The notes below the pieces were generated by a model. That model saw nothing but the letters and a program-made list of their open reading frames with translations, ran no database searches and was not told the DNA's origin. The position numbers were made by a program, and so were the translations under genes. A stretch of 64,000 nt of DNA from positions 15,193 to 79,192 of the forward strand of contig CANQFR010000002.1 of NCBI GenBank assembly GCA_947599905.1, in the 5' to 3' direction. This DNA comes from an uncultured Lachnospiraceae bacterium (GTDB lineage: Bacteria; Bacillota; Clostridia; Lachnospirales; Lachnospiraceae). This document shows positions 40,120 through 50,675 of this stretch, one piece after another; the first letter of the stretch is position 1; every line of letters begins with the position of its first letter.

Positions 40120-42024
40120 CTAATCCGCTTTCACAAAGATTCTGAATTTCTTCCCGTTCAACTTTTTATCAACAACTTTGAACTTCAATATCCTGTTCAC
40201 CTGTTTTGAAAATTCAATGTTGGACATTGGCTGAAGGCTGTTCGCAAGGCAATATTCCTGATACCTCTTATAAACCTTATTCGTGGGTTCATTCTCAATC
40301 TGGAAATCTTCATCTTCGCATTCCCGGAAGAACCCCAGAATCGGATTATTGCTTTCTTCATAATCGTTCAATTCGTCCTGAACTCTCTTTGAATTTGTAA
40401 ATTGCCGGTTCATCATAACCCGCTTCAACCCTTCAAGTCCCAGGCGGATCAGGTATTCCATACATTCCGGGGATTTCAGCTTATACTTTATGTATGGGTC
40501 AAAATCCGGGGAATCTGGTGAAAACGTGGCATCAAACGGGATTATTACCAAACGCCGCTGCACCGCCCCGGTTTTGTCCTTGATCCGGGGGATATTATTG
40601 GCCGAAAACAGGAACTTTGAATAATTGTTGAACTCGAAAGGATCACGGCCCTTCCGTTCCGCCGATACTCTGTCACCTGTAACCAGTTTTCGGAAAATAG
40701 AAGCATTGGCAATAAATTCATCCCCTATATCGTCCCCGATATTTGCCAGCTTGCCGAAAAGCTCCGCCGTCTTGAACCTGTCCCCAAGTTCCTTCAGATC
40801 AAGGGAAGCAATATTCTGATCTCCAAGCAAATTCTGAACCATTGAAAGGAAGGTACTTTTTCCGTTGCTCTTATCCCCGATCAGGATAAAAGCCTTTCCC
40901 AACTCATTCCGGCGATAAAAGCAATAACCAATCACTTCTTCCAGAAGCGCCCTGATCTGTGGGTCGTTGCATGAAAGCCGATCCAGAACATGATCCGCTT
41001 CTTCAAAATAAGCGTCCGGGTTATACTTCCACATGATTTTATTTGTGATAACGTGTTCCGGCGTGAAAGGGAAAAAAGAATCATCCACAATGTCATATAA
41101 GCCATTCTCAAAGGCTATCAGGTTCGCATCTTCAGGGACGGTATTTTCCCGGATCATCACATTTAGATAGGCCAGAACTTCCGTCCGCTTCGCCCGGTTC
41201 AGTGATGGGATATGTTTTATCATTTCATTTTCAATATCGGTTTCCCCAGAAATATAAATCCCGTTCCTGTAAAGGTGTAGTTGGCTGTTGATCTTGATAA
41301 TATGGGCGTTGTTCTTCAAAAATATGGCGAACTTATCAAAAAGGAACGCCGAACCAGAAAAGAAAACCGGCTTCTTAAAGGCATCATCCCGAAGGATTGT
41401 TTCGATCTCGCCGTCAGAAAGTGGAACCTTCAGCACAAATTTATTTATGATCCTGATCGTTTCCCGTGCTTGCTCAACGGTGAAATCGTTGCTTTGTAGG
41501 GTCAGGATATAGTTGAACAGGCTTTGATTTCTGCCGTCCCCGGCTTCCATGTTCAGAAACTCCATTTTGTTCTTCCCGGAAATCGGGAAAAGCCAATGGG
41601 GAAGTTCCTGCGCCTGTTCGTTTTCAGCCGTGTCATAGATAATTTCCCGCATCTTCCCGTTATATTTCAGGATAGAATAAGAGTTCCGTGTACCGATCTT
41701 AATATCAGCGGTCAAACCAATAGCCAGTTTGCAGCCTGTCTTGTTTGAAGGTACTCCGCTGTTCTTGAACAAAAAATGTTTCCCTCGGCTGGTGCGATAA
41801 ACCCGGCAGCAAAGGTTATATTCTTTTACAATCTTGAACAGTGTTTCAGACATTTCCAGATCATCAATATCTATCAGGATAGTTTCATTTGCCAATATCC
41901 CGGCAAATTCAGATAGTAATTGAACCTGTTCAAAGGTCTTGAAGTCATTCCTATTTTTGAATTTTTCGATACATTTCTTGTCTTTGGTTTCGACGTAACC
42001 TTTGAAGAACAACCCAATCACCAC
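40120..42024 (-). CDS. P4-family primase/SF3 (D5-like) helicase
   Basis: DID, RGKH, GRN..LF, GDKSNGKST, FSAN. Confidence 0.92.
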   Translation of the reverse strand: MVIGLFFKGYVETKDKKCIEKFKNRNDFKTFEQVQLLSEFAGILANETILIDIDDLEMSETLFKIVKEYNLCCRVYRTSRGKHFLFKNSGVPSNKTGCKLAIGLTADIKIGTRNSYSILKYNGKMREIIYDTAENEQAQELPHWLFPISGKNKMEFLNMEAGDGRNQSLFNYILTLQSNDFTVEQARETIRIINKFVLKVPLSDGEIETILRDDAFKKPVFFSGSAFLFDKFAIFLKNNAHIIKINSQLHLYRNGIYISGETDIENEMIKHIPSLNRAKRTEVLAYLNVMIRENTVPEDANLIAFENGLYDIVDDSFFPFTPEHVITNKIMWKYNPDAYFEEADHVLDRLSCNDPQIRALLEEVIGYCFYRRNELGKAFILIGDKSNGKSTFLSMVQNLLGDQNIASLDLKELGDRFKTAELFGKLANIGDDIGDEFIANASIFRKLVTGDRVSAERKGRDPFEFNNYSKFLFSANNIPRIKDKTGAVQRRLVIIPFDATFSPDSPDFDPYIKYKLKSPECMEYLIRLGLEGLKRVMMNRQFTNSKRVQDELNDYEESNNPILGFFRECEDEDFQIENEPTNKVYKRYQEYCLANSLQPMSNIEFSKQVNRILKFKVVDKKLNGKKFRIFVKAD

Positions 42025-42026
42025 CT

Positions 42027-42503
42027 TTATAATAAATTTAGAAGTTCCTGGAACTTTTTCTTGTTCCGCTCATAGCCCTTTGCCATACGCAAATATGAAG
42101 CCACGCAAGTGGCATATTGCCCGGCCCGCATCCGCTCCGCTTTCACTTCATCCTCTGAAAGTGGTAAGCCATTGGGCCGCTTTTTGTTTGCAACCATAAG
42201 GCGGGTATCCGCTTCCAGTTGCTTATACTTCAGATATTCCTTCCCGCTATGCTCGAACCCGGATTGACATTCTGGAATCTTATTTTGAAAGTAAACTTTC
42301 AATTTTTCCCTAAGTTCCAGATTATTCCCCCAATCCAGGTCAATGATTTTCAGCAATTTCTTAAAATCTGCCTTTGGGCACGGGAAGAATTTATCCATGA
42401 AGATTGTCATTGAACCCCTGTCCCATTTGATATACAATTCATCTGTAATCATCATATCACCCCGAAATCTGCTAATCTCTTGTGCGCAAAACTGATATAC
42501 CAT
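42027..42503 (-). CDS. hypothetical protein
   Basis: ORF in the replication operon. Confidence 0.6.
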   Translation of the reverse strand: MVYQFCAQEISRFRGDMMITDELYIKWDRGSMTIFMDKFFPCPKADFKKLLKIIDLDWGNNLELREKLKVYFQNKIPECQSGFEHSGKEYLKYKQLEADTRLMVANKKRPNGLPLSEDEVKAERMRAGQYATCVASYLRMAKGYERNKKKFQELLNLL

Positions 42504-44161
42504 TGCCGATCCAGCTTGTCAGGAATCGGAACACCCTTCACATCATCATTCCAAATAAAACAGTGTTCCGGGGAATTTGTCAGCTTTGCTTTGGTTTTCC
42601 GTGTTGCGTGAACCTTACGAACCCCAGGATCAGAACTATACTTTGAAGCGAATACCCGGATACACTGTTCTTTTAGGGGTTTCTCACCATACAGAATATG
42701 TGTGTATTTGTTGCTGATCTTTGAAACAAGCTGAAATTCCCGCAAATCGTTACATTCGTTCACGGTCTTTTCAACCGGGATACCATTTATCATGTAATCC
42801 ACCAGCGCCCGGTTAATGATCGGCAGATCATAACTAAGATCATTCAGCTTCATCACATAACCGCCCTTTGCCTTAACTGCCCCGGTTTCCCGGTCGATCA
42901 GAAGATAATTGTTCACGTCCTTCTGGTATATGTCCCCCATGAAGGTATCAAAATCCATCTTCATCCCGGTTCTCTGCTCCCACTCATAAACAATATCATC
43001 CAGCCGATCAAAGTCTTTTTCATAGTCCTTAATTCTCACAATGATACCATCCGTGTTATTCTGGATCAGTTCGCAATAAGGTTCGATATGCTCCACCAAA
43101 TCCAGAAGAAGAAGCTGCCCGTTGATACATATGCTGTTGTTGCTCATAGGATCGTAAAGGGTGGATTGGCGTTGTTTCATCTGCCCGGAAATGGCGTTAT
43201 CCATGATCTTGAACGGCTGTCGGGCCTTCTTATCTCCCTTCCGCTTAAATTCAATATTGGAATCGTGGATAAACTCAAAATTTTCCGGGTGGTTCATTAC
43301 CCTGTACCCAAAATGATATTTCTTCTGAAGGGATGGGTAATAAGCGGTAACATCAATAATCAGGAATATCCCGGAAGCGTGGAACTTCGCCCTTGCTCCG
43401 TGGCCGCCGCCCCATGAGAAGGTATGTTCCACCCCGGCCACCATCACCTTATCCTGCTTCTTTGAATAATCGTGGTTCTGTGGGTCTTTGTACCAATCGG
43501 CAATATATCGGTACTTGTGCAAATCCAGGCAATCCAGAACAGGGAAATCAAATTCATCATTGAAGGATTCCCCTTTCCTGTTCCCCCCAAGGATTTCAGC
43601 GGCAAGTTGCGCTTTGGTCTTTGAAATGAAGTCAATGGGAAGTTTGAAATGCTTTATGAAGTACATCATGGTATTAAATTCTTCCGGGCGGCGAAGGAAT
43701 ACCTGAATTGTCTGTTCAACGTCGTGCTTGCAATATTTCACCGTTTCGGCAATTTCTTCAGGTGTCAGCTTCCGTGGAATATCGAAGGGAACACTTGTTT
43801 CCCGAATATCGTTCCCCATGAACCCCTCAAAGGTTTTCAGTCCCCGATCAGTCCCAAGCATCACATCATAATTAAAAAGCGGAAACTGCCGGAACAAGGA
43901 AGAATATTTCCAGCCCGGATTTCCTCGGACAATGATATAATCATTTACCTTTTTCGGGTCGAACCCGCAAAGGATCGCCTTCAAAATGTACTGATCGTAA
44001 TGCCTGGAATTGAACCCGCACCAGATTTGACCCTTGTTCGCTTCGTAGAATGTTTTAAGTTCTTCCGGGCTATTGATTATAACGTGCGTTTTGTGTTCTC
44101 CCATGTCCATAATCACGACAAGCCAGTCATACGCGAAAACCTCAAAATCATAGAACAGCAT
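42452..44161 (-). CDS. phage DNA polymerase (family B-like) with 3'-5' exonuclease
   Basis: YDFE, YC.HDV, DVTAYYPS, K...N..SG, NTDG, KDVNNY. Confidence 0.82.
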   Translation of the reverse strand: MLFYDFEVFAYDWLVVIMDMGEHKTHVIINSPEELKTFYEANKGQIWCGFNSRHYDQYILKAILCGFDPKKVNDYIIVRGNPGWKYSSLFRQFPLFNYDVMLGTDRGLKTFEGFMGNDIRETSVPFDIPRKLTPEEIAETVKYCKHDVEQTIQVFLRRPEEFNTMMYFIKHFKLPIDFISKTKAQLAAEILGGNRKGESFNDEFDFPVLDCLDLHKYRYIADWYKDPQNHDYSKKQDKVMVAGVEHTFSWGGGHGARAKFHASGIFLIIDVTAYYPSLQKKYHFGYRVMNHPENFEFIHDSNIEFKRKGDKKARQPFKIMDNAISGQMKQRQSTLYDPMSNNSICINGQLLLLDLVEHIEPYCELIQNNTDGIIVRIKDYEKDFDRLDDIVYEWEQRTGMKMDFDTFMGDIYQKDVNNYLLIDRETGAVKAKGGYVMKLNDLSYDLPIINRALVDYMINGIPVEKTVNECNDLREFQLVSKISNKYTHILYGEKPLKEQCIRVFASKYSSDPGVRKVHATRKTKAKLTNSPEHCFIWNDDVKGVPIPDKLDRQWYISFAHKRLADFGVI

Positions 44162-44227
44162 TTCATCCACCCCTTTCACGGAACCACCGGGCGGGGGCTA
44201 TCCCCCGCCCGGTATCCGGCAGCGCTC

Positions 44228-44689
44228 TTAATCTTCCAAAATATAAACTTCCTCGATCTTGAAAGCGTTGTACCCTTTCTGATCGTAGTAGTTGACTTTG
44301 TACTCGAAATTGTTGTCAATCGCTTCTGCAACGTCCATCAACATATTGCCGTACTGCGAATATGTGTGGAAGTGAACGTCGATCGGCTCCGACATCTCCG
44401 CAACCAGGGATCGCAAGAACTCATTCACAATATGAATCTGAAATCCCTGCGTGATAACTTGATTCATGAAGATCAGGCTGCCCTTATACTCGCCTTCCAG
44501 AATCTTCATCCAGCAAGTCACCATAGGATCGCCCTTCTTGCTCTGAACCAGTTCCAGCTTCTGAATGGATACCTCGTAAGTATCATGGGGCACTTCCCGC
44601 CGCCCGCCGTTCTCCGCAGCTTCCGCAACGTCCTTTGCCAGCCCTTCCGTGTCAATGCTCTTGTCAAACTGCTCCCAAATGTTAGCCAT
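44228..44689 (-). CDS. DUF669-like single-stranded DNA-binding protein
   Basis: VP..TYEV.I, SKKGDPM, ILEGEYKG. Confidence 0.78.
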   Translation of the reverse strand: MANIWEQFDKSIDTEGLAKDVAEAAENGGRREVPHDTYEVSIQKLELVQSKKGDPMVTCWMKILEGEYKGSLIFMNQVITQGFQIHIVNEFLRSLVAEMSEPIDVHFHTYSQYGNMLMDVAEAIDNNFEYKVNYYDQKGYNAFKIEEVYILED

Positions 44690-44708
44690 AGTTTAATCAC
44701 CTTTCCTT

Positions 44709-44984
44709 TCAATCATTTTCAGTGGTGGCCTTTGTCAGTTCAAAAGCCTGTGTATCAGTGAACCCAGCCTTGATATAGGCATCATATAACGCCTTTGCCG
44801 CTTTCGCCTGTCTGTCGGCATCCCGCAACATGAAATCCGTTGCATCCTTGCGGGCTTCTGCCCGCTTTGCTTCAGCCTGCGCCTTGAATTTCTCAATGTC
44901 GGGGGCCTTCATGTTGTGCGGATCAAGCAATGATCCCAAAATCCCCAGCCCTAACAGGGCATCCAGCGCTTTCATTTCGTCCAT
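44709..44984 (-). CDS. hypothetical protein
   Basis: ORF with AAGGAAGG RBS. Confidence 0.6.
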   Translation of the reverse strand: MDEMKALDALLGLGILGSLLDPHNMKAPDIEKFKAQAEAKRAEARKDATDFMLRDADRQAKAAKALYDAYIKAGFTDTQAFELTKATTEND

Positions 44985-45001
44985 CTTTACACCTTCCTTT
45001 C

Positions 45002-46975
45002 TTAATCCCTCACCTTACGCTTACGCCGGGGCTTTTCTTCCTCTGCCGGGGCTTCAGGCGGGTTCATAGCACCGTCAACCGGGTTCGCTTCCTGTGCGAT
45101 TCGCTTACCACCTTCAACGAACTGTTCCTTCGTGATCTCAACCGCACCATCCGGGATTTCCTCGCCCTGGTGTTTCAGAACGTAGTTATCAGCGCCAGGA
45201 ACGTAGAAATAGGTATCCTTATCACACACTTTCGGAACGTCCTGGAAATCTGCCGCCTTGCCCTCTGTGGCCGTTTCTACGGGCTTTCCCTCGAATGGCG
45301 GCTTGTCCTCCGTCTGATCCGCTTTGGGGCCGTCCTGCGGCTTATCTGAAGCCACGGCGGGGGGTTCTGTGCGCTTGCGGGTAGTTCTGCCGGGTGTGGC
45401 TGCCGGGGCGGGGGTCGAAACGGCTTCACCGTGCGCTGCTGCCTTATTTGCTTCGTCATATACGGCAAACAGGGCGTTCACATCCAGCGGAATATCCTTT
45501 GCATTCACCTTCAGCCGCCCGCCGCCGAAAATAACCTCGTTCGACTTAAAACAGAAGGAATGTGAATCACCGTCTGCCACGATCCGGGCCACTACGTCCA
45601 CCATACCGGCAACCTTCACGGCAACCTTATCCTGCAAGTTCGGCTTGATCGCCGTGATCTTGTCCCCGCCCTTTTTGGTAATGTCCTTGCTGGTGTCCTC
45701 ATGGGAAATAAGAATGATATTCTCATAATCCAGGTTCATCAACTTTTTAAGGGTGTTCAGAAATTCACCCCGCACCTTGTCCCATGCCCGGAAGGAATCG
45801 TCAGATTCATGGGTGATCCCCATTTGCTGATACATATACAGGCGGCAATGCTCATATAAATCTTCCACCAGGTCAACAACAATCGTTCTGAAAGTGTTGT
45901 CCTTCTTCTCCAACTCTGCCACCACGTCTTTGAAAATTTCCCAGGCCAGCGTTCTTTTGGTCTGCCGCCCCTCAACCTTCACTTCATCCCGGATCAGGAT
46001 ATAAGGGGCATCCACGAACTTAATATTTCCGTCCGTGTTCAGCATCAGCGGATCAGGGAACCCGTTGGCGAAAGTAGTCTTTCCGCAAAACGGAACTCCA
46101 TAAATCCAGATCACACGCTTCTTGATCTCGTCAATCGTCCTACGCTTGTTTTCAGGTAATCTCATAAAATAATCCCATCCTTTCTCACAAAAATCTTGAT
46201 ATTCGCAAAACCTACATAAGTAACCTTTTTCGGCGGGCAAGAAGTCCTTTTCTTCATACACCGCCTTTATCCCAAAGAGAAATTCAACAACCTTTTCCAT
46301 GTTGAACCCAATTTGAACAATTTTAACTTCCGCCTTTTCCAGTTCTTCCTTCAGCCTATCCCGAAAATCCTGCAAGGTTTCGGTTTTCTTCTGCCTGATC
46401 TTCACTTTCGGGATGAATACCAGGTACATATCACGGATTTTCTTGCCGGGATTGTCCCGCTCATAAAAGTATTTGTACAGGTGAAGCTGGTTTGATTTCT
46501 TGTATCCGCTTACATCATTTGAATATTTGAAATCGTACAGGTCAAACTCATTCGTTCCTTCTGTTGTGTAATACTCAAAACATTCACCTGTTACGGAATT
46601 TACACCCCCGGCATCATGCCAAACCTTTCTTTGCCCTACGGGAACCAGGTAATCAATGAAGCCGTGAAAATCATTGTTTGAAATCTCAACTTCAAATTCT
46701 CCGCCTTTCTCAATGGCCGCCTGTGCCAGCGGTATAACCTTTTCCAGCTTTATGATCTCGTTGATATGTTCATCCGTGATAATGGGATAGCTGAAACAGT
46801 ATTCGTGAATTGCGGCTTCAAGGCCCTGTTCAATTCCTGTGTGTACCGCATGGCCCAAGATCAAAGGATTGTCCGGCTCAATCGCTGCATCCGTGGTTAT
46901 CCCGTCCACATATCGCATTTTGAATTTGAATTTGCACTTTTCAAACGTTTCAATTCTTGAATGTGAGAACTGCAC
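45002..46975 (-). CDS. PD-(D/E)XK nuclease fused to AAA_24 (Sak4-like) ATPase
   Basis: SHSRI, G.ID, DFK, QL..Y, C.FCEY; YG.PFCGKTT. Confidence 0.82.
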   Translation of the reverse strand: MQFSHSRIETFEKCKFKFKMRYVDGITTDAAIEPDNPLILGHAVHTGIEQGLEAAIHEYCFSYPIITDEHINEIIKLEKVIPLAQAAIEKGGEFEVEISNNDFHGFIDYLVPVGQRKVWHDAGGVNSVTGECFEYYTTEGTNEFDLYDFKYSNDVSGYKKSNQLHLYKYFYERDNPGKKIRDMYLVFIPKVKIRQKKTETLQDFRDRLKEELEKAEVKIVQIGFNMEKVVEFLFGIKAVYEEKDFLPAEKGYLCRFCEYQDFCEKGWDYFMRLPENKRRTIDEIKKRVIWIYGVPFCGKTTFANGFPDPLMLNTDGNIKFVDAPYILIRDEVKVEGRQTKRTLAWEIFKDVVAELEKKDNTFRTIVVDLVEDLYEHCRLYMYQQMGITHESDDSFRAWDKVRGEFLNTLKKLMNLDYENIILISHEDTSKDITKKGGDKITAIKPNLQDKVAVKVAGMVDVVARIVADGDSHSFCFKSNEVIFGGGRLKVNAKDIPLDVNALFAVYDEANKAAAHGEAVSTPAPAATPGRTTRKRTEPPAVASDKPQDGPKADQTEDKPPFEGKPVETATEGKAADFQDVPKVCDKDTYFYVPGADNYVLKHQGEEIPDGAVEITKEQFVEGGKRIAQEANPVDGAMNPPEAPAEEEKPRRKRKVRD

Positions 46976-47310
46976 TCAATCACCCCCTTCACAAGTTCTT
47001 TGAACTGTTCAAAGCCTTCCGGGTAAAGGAAAACCCCGATCCCGCCCGATTTGTTGATCCGGCTGATATTCAGCTTTTGCAACTCGGACGGCCTGCCATT
47101 GGAAGCCTTGATCTCTACGGCCAGGGTAAAACCGTTCACACAACATATCAGATCAGGAATACCGGCCTTCTGGAAGCCGCCGCCCCAAATCTTTGTGTAC
47201 CACCCGACCATTCCGGCCCCCATTCTGTCAGTTGGGTATCCTGCCGGATAAATCCCAACCGAATGAAGAAATTTCTTGATCCGGCCTTCAAAAAGTTTTT
47301 CTTCCGCCAT
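46897..47310 (-). CDS. VRR-NUC nuclease
   Basis: GIPDLI, EIKASNGRPSELQ. Confidence 0.85.
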   Translation of the reverse strand: MAEEKLFEGRIKKFLHSVGIYPAGYPTDRMGAGMVGWYTKIWGGGFQKAGIPDLICCVNGFTLAVEIKASNGRPSELQKLNISRINKSGGIGVFLYPEGFEQFKELVKGVIECSSHIQELKRLKSANSNSKCDMWTG

Positions 47311-47525
47311 TACTCACCATCACCTTCCCCGTAATGCTTGAAGGTACTTACATTAACCATTGCCGAAAAGATTTGCGAAAAGTGCATCATGGCATTATCA
47401 CGATCAACATTGTGCTTGTCTGCAAGCGCAATCACCTTTCCGACCACCCCGGTTACAACCTCTGAAAAATCTTCCATGAAAGCATCATGTTCTTCAGGGT
47501 TTAAGAAAACCTGTTCTTCTGCCAT
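47310..47525 (-). CDS. hypothetical protein
   Basis: coupled ORF. Confidence 0.6.
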   Translation of the reverse strand: MAEEQVFLNPEEHDAFMEDFSEVVTGVVGKVIALADKHNVDRDNAMMHFSQIFSAMVNVSTFKHYGEGDGE

Positions 47526-47713
47526 TATTCCGCCACCTCGATACCATGCTTTTTGAAAGCATCATACTTTTTGAGAAGGATTTCCCCCTTTTCCGAATCA
47601 ACGAAAAATTCCAAAAGATCACCATCTTTGATTTCCAAATCCTTCCTGATTGCTCTATGGATAACGATTCTTCCCAAATCGTCCACACGGCGCACAATTC
47701 CAGTACCTTTCAT
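47525..47713 (-). CDS. AbrB/SpoVT-family DNA-binding protein
   Basis: MKGTGIVRRVDDLGRIVI. Confidence 0.9.
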   Translation of the reverse strand: MKGTGIVRRVDDLGRIVIHRAIRKDLEIKDGDLLEFFVDSEKGEILLKKYDAFKKHGIEVAE

Positions 47714-47955
47714 TTTGTTACCCGTCCTTTCTCTGGATCATACCCTTCCACGCCGCCACCCGTTCCTTCCTTGCGGCGCAACTCCATATATTCCTTATAC
47801 GGAAGGCCCATCATCAGGGCGGCGTTATGAAGGGCGTTCTTCTTGCTGCCGAAAGTCCGGCATCCGTCGATCATGCAAGGAATACCCGGATACCCTACGG
47901 CGTGGGCGTACCATTGGCCGCCTTTCTCTTTTGATACCGTGTAAGTCAGCTTCAT
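47710..47955 (-). CDS. hypothetical protein
   Basis: coupled ORF. Confidence 0.6.
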   Translation of the reverse strand: MKLTYTVSKEKGGQWYAHAVGYPGIPCMIDGCRTFGSKKNALHNAALMMGLPYKEYMELRRKEGTGGGVEGYDPEKGRVTK

Positions 47956-48278
47956 TCTTTACCCCCTAACAGTTCTTCAGCCTTCCCGATTGCATCCAGC
48001 GCACCGTGAAAGTGATCCATAAGTTCCTGAAGCGCCTGATCCGCTTGTTCATCTTCCGGGCTTTCTTCGGCATAATTTGCGTAGATCGTGAAGTAATCAA
48101 CCCCGGTTTCCCCGGTATCGTCGAAACGCTTTCCGTCTGGAAGTTCATACTTCACACGGTGGGCATTCTGAACAACCACCGGGTAAGGCTGATCTACGCC
48201 GCTATCACTGGAAAGTTTCACTTCCAGGTTGTCAGGCACACCTTCCAGGGCCTTCCTCAAATCTCCGACTGTGAACAC
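47952..48278 (-). CDS. hypothetical protein
   Basis: coupled ORF. Confidence 0.6.
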   Translation of the reverse strand: MFTVGDLRKALEGVPDNLEVKLSSDSGVDQPYPVVVQNAHRVKYELPDGKRFDDTGETGVDYFTIYANYAEESPEDEQADQALQELMDHFHGALDAIGKAEELLGGKE

Positions 48279-48282
48279 GCCA

Positions 48283-48726
48283 TCACCCCCTTACTTCGAT
48301 CTTCACGGAAGCGGAAACGTTGGAAGTTTTGGAATACTTTGCGGCCACGTCCGGCAAATCCTTCTTCAGCTTCGTGCTGTCAATGCTTGTTCTGGTGGTG
48401 GGCGCTATGTAGGTAATTTTGACATCCGGGGTGTCCAGCGATTTCACGCCGTACTTCTCCATAGCCGCCACAAGCTGAACCCTCATAGCCTTTTCCTGTT
48501 CCTCGATCACCTTCTTCTGGATTGCCAGAGAAGCCACCGCCTTAATAACATCCGCCTTGTCATTCTTCAGGGCAGATAAAGCGTTTTCTTCCTGAATGGC
48601 ATCCTCACAATCAGCCTTCAGGTAGGTGCAAACATCTTCACAACCTTCCTTTTTCTCACATTCCAGGCAGCAAATTTCTTTCCCGCAAGCTGCCCCGCCA
48701 TTCAACGCCTGCTTACACTTAATCAT
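48283..48726 (-). CDS. hypothetical protein (Cys-rich N-terminus)
   Basis: GAAAGGGG RBS before MIKCKQ. Confidence 0.65.
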   Translation of the reverse strand: MIKCKQALNGGAACGKEICCLECEKKEGCEDVCTYLKADCEDAIQEENALSALKNDKADVIKAVASLAIQKKVIEEQEKAMRVQLVAAMEKYGVKSLDTPDVKITYIAPTTRTSIDSTKLKKDLPDVAAKYSKTSNVSASVKIEVRG

Positions 48727-49408
48727 TCTGATCCCCTTTCTGTTCAAGCAATTCAGCCTGAACCTTGAACACATTTTTTGAATAGTTAGTTTCAAAAATG
48801 CCCTGTTCCCATAACCGGGAAGCTGCATTCTCGCCCATGTTGTACGCCATCAAAACCTTTTCCGGCGTTTGGTACTTCTCAAACAATTTCCTAAGTACGA
48901 ACAGGCCGCCCCTGATATTCTGGTAAGGCTCCAGGAAATCCGTAATTCCCAGCGTTTCCGAAAGATATTCATGGTTCATCTTGTTAATCTGCATCAAACC
49001 ATAGTCCCCGGTTTCGCTTATCACGTCGGCCCGGTAACTGCTTTCACACTGGATCACCGCCATCACCAAAGTAAAATCTATGTTGTACCCGGCTGAAAGG
49101 TAGAAAATAAATTCCTGCAAATCTTCATCCAGCGGCACATCCAGCGGCACAAAATCCATATCACCGGCGCCCCAATCCATGGACATTTCACCTTCAAAAA
49201 TTCTTCCGTCATACTGTCCATAGATCAAAACTTCCTGTTCTTCCTCTTGCGGCGCTTCCTGCGTCGGTTCCTGCATTGGCTCCGGGGCCTTGTGGGCCAG
49301 ATTCCCGGCTGCAAACCCAACCAGGAAGAAGGCAATCCCGACAACCGCCATCATGAGAAGAACCCGTTCACCCATTGACTTCTTCTTGATACTTCTTGAA
49401 TAATTCAT
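48719..49408 (-). CDS. membrane-anchored lytic transglycosylase (SLT)
   Basis: N-terminal TM; ES, GLMQI, AYNMG motifs. Confidence 0.88.
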   Translation of the reverse strand: MNYSRSIKKKSMGERVLLMMAVVGIAFFLVGFAAGNLAHKAPEPMQEPTQEAPQEEEQEVLIYGQYDGRIFEGEMSMDWGAGDMDFVPLDVPLDEDLQEFIFYLSAGYNIDFTLVMAVIQCESSYRADVISETGDYGLMQINKMNHEYLSETLGITDFLEPYQNIRGGLFVLRKLFEKYQTPEKVLMAYNMGENAASRLWEQGIFETNYSKNVFKVQAELLEQKGDQND

Positions 49409-50663
49409 CCGTGAAATCCTTTCTCTTTTCCAAAGTCTGCAAAATCGCTTCTTCCACCGTGCCGGGACAAATCATCTGGTAATAGAAACAGGTGGTTTCC
49501 TGCCCTATGCGGTGAATCCTCTTTTTTGACTGTTCAAACAGTTCGCTTCTGTCTGTCGGGCTGAAATATACGATTTTATTGGCCTTTTGCAGATTCAGCC
49601 CCATAGCGCCGGCCTGGTACTGTACAAAGGTAATGGAATCGCTGGATTCTTCGTAAGCGGTCAAATCTTTGGTTTCACCGTTCACAACGGAAATAGGGCG
49701 TTCCGTTTCAGCAACGGCCAGAATCATAGTGTTCAGTTCGTCGTTGAAATTGTAGAACACAATCAAACGATCCTCTGTCGAATAAACCAGGTCTTTGAAC
49801 GCCGCCACACGTTCCGGGTTAAGAAAGCTGCACATCATCCGGGCGTAAATCCTTTTTGCCAGGATCGTATCCCCGACGTATTCCCGCCCGTCAACCGTGA
49901 TAACGGAATCCTTCATAAACTTTCGATATTCCTTTGTCGATCTGGAATTTACAGGGATAACCACCTGATCCGGCAGATCGAATACTTCTTCCGATTTCAT
50001 GAATACCGCCCCATGCTCCGCCAGCTTCATCTTCAGCCGGTCAATATTCTTATAACCTACGACGTGGGGGATTCTGAATCCGCTTTCGTAATCTTCGATC
50101 CACTCCGTTTCAACGTACTGCCGCAAATACAATTCCTTACTGATCGGCCAGCCCAAAAGATGAAGCTGCGACCACAATTTTTCGTACTTGCCCGCCGTGG
50201 GTGTCCCCGATAACAGGATCACGTTTTCCGGCCGCATCTTCAGGATGAACTTACTTCTTTTAGCCGTTTCATTCTGGATCATGGAACTTTCATCAAGCAT
50301 AAGGGTAAAAGGCTTTAATTTAAGCAATTCCGGCCTTCTGAACACCAATTCGTAATTGATTACCCCAACCGCAAGCGCTCCGCCATAATGCCCGTTCCAT
50401 GCTGCATCATGTATAACGAAATCATGTAGTTCCTTTTTATCCGTCAGATCGTAAATTTGACAGTCATAGTAATTTCTAAAGTGGTTCACCCAATCGCTGA
50501 TTTTCGATTTTTGGCAAATCACCAGATTTGTTATACAGTCCAGGCTCACCATCTTTTCCGCCCCGACGAACGTTTTTCCCAGGCCCATATCCAGGTAATA
50601 AGCCACCCTGTTTTTGTCAGCCGTCGATTTCAGGGCGGCCTTCTGGTGTGGGAATAGCTGCAT
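49368..50663 (-). CDS. SNF2-family helicase
   Basis: DMGLGKT, DESS, SGTP, GLNLQ, RIHRIGQ. Confidence 0.92.
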   Translation of the reverse strand: MQLFPHQKAALKSTADKNRVAYYLDMGLGKTFVGAEKMVSLDCITNLVICQKSKISDWVNHFRNYYDCQIYDLTDKKELHDFVIHDAAWNGHYGGALAVGVINYELVFRRPELLKLKPFTLMLDESSMIQNETAKRSKFILKMRPENVILLSGTPTAGKYEKLWSQLHLLGWPISKELYLRQYVETEWIEDYESGFRIPHVVGYKNIDRLKMKLAEHGAVFMKSEEVFDLPDQVVIPVNSRSTKEYRKFMKDSVITVDGREYVGDTILAKRIYARMMCSFLNPERVAAFKDLVYSTEDRLIVFYNFNDELNTMILAVAETERPISVVNGETKDLTAYEESSDSITFVQYQAGAMGLNLQKANKIVYFSPTDRSELFEQSKKRIHRIGQETTCFYYQMICPGTVEEAILQTLEKRKDFTDELFKKYQEEVNG

Positions 50664-50675
50664 ACCGTCACCCCC

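Noticed and set aside
44187-44214. Strong GC hairpin between SSB and polymerase genes as an ncRNA
   Set aside because: Single hairpin without other features; more likely a stabiliser or attenuator
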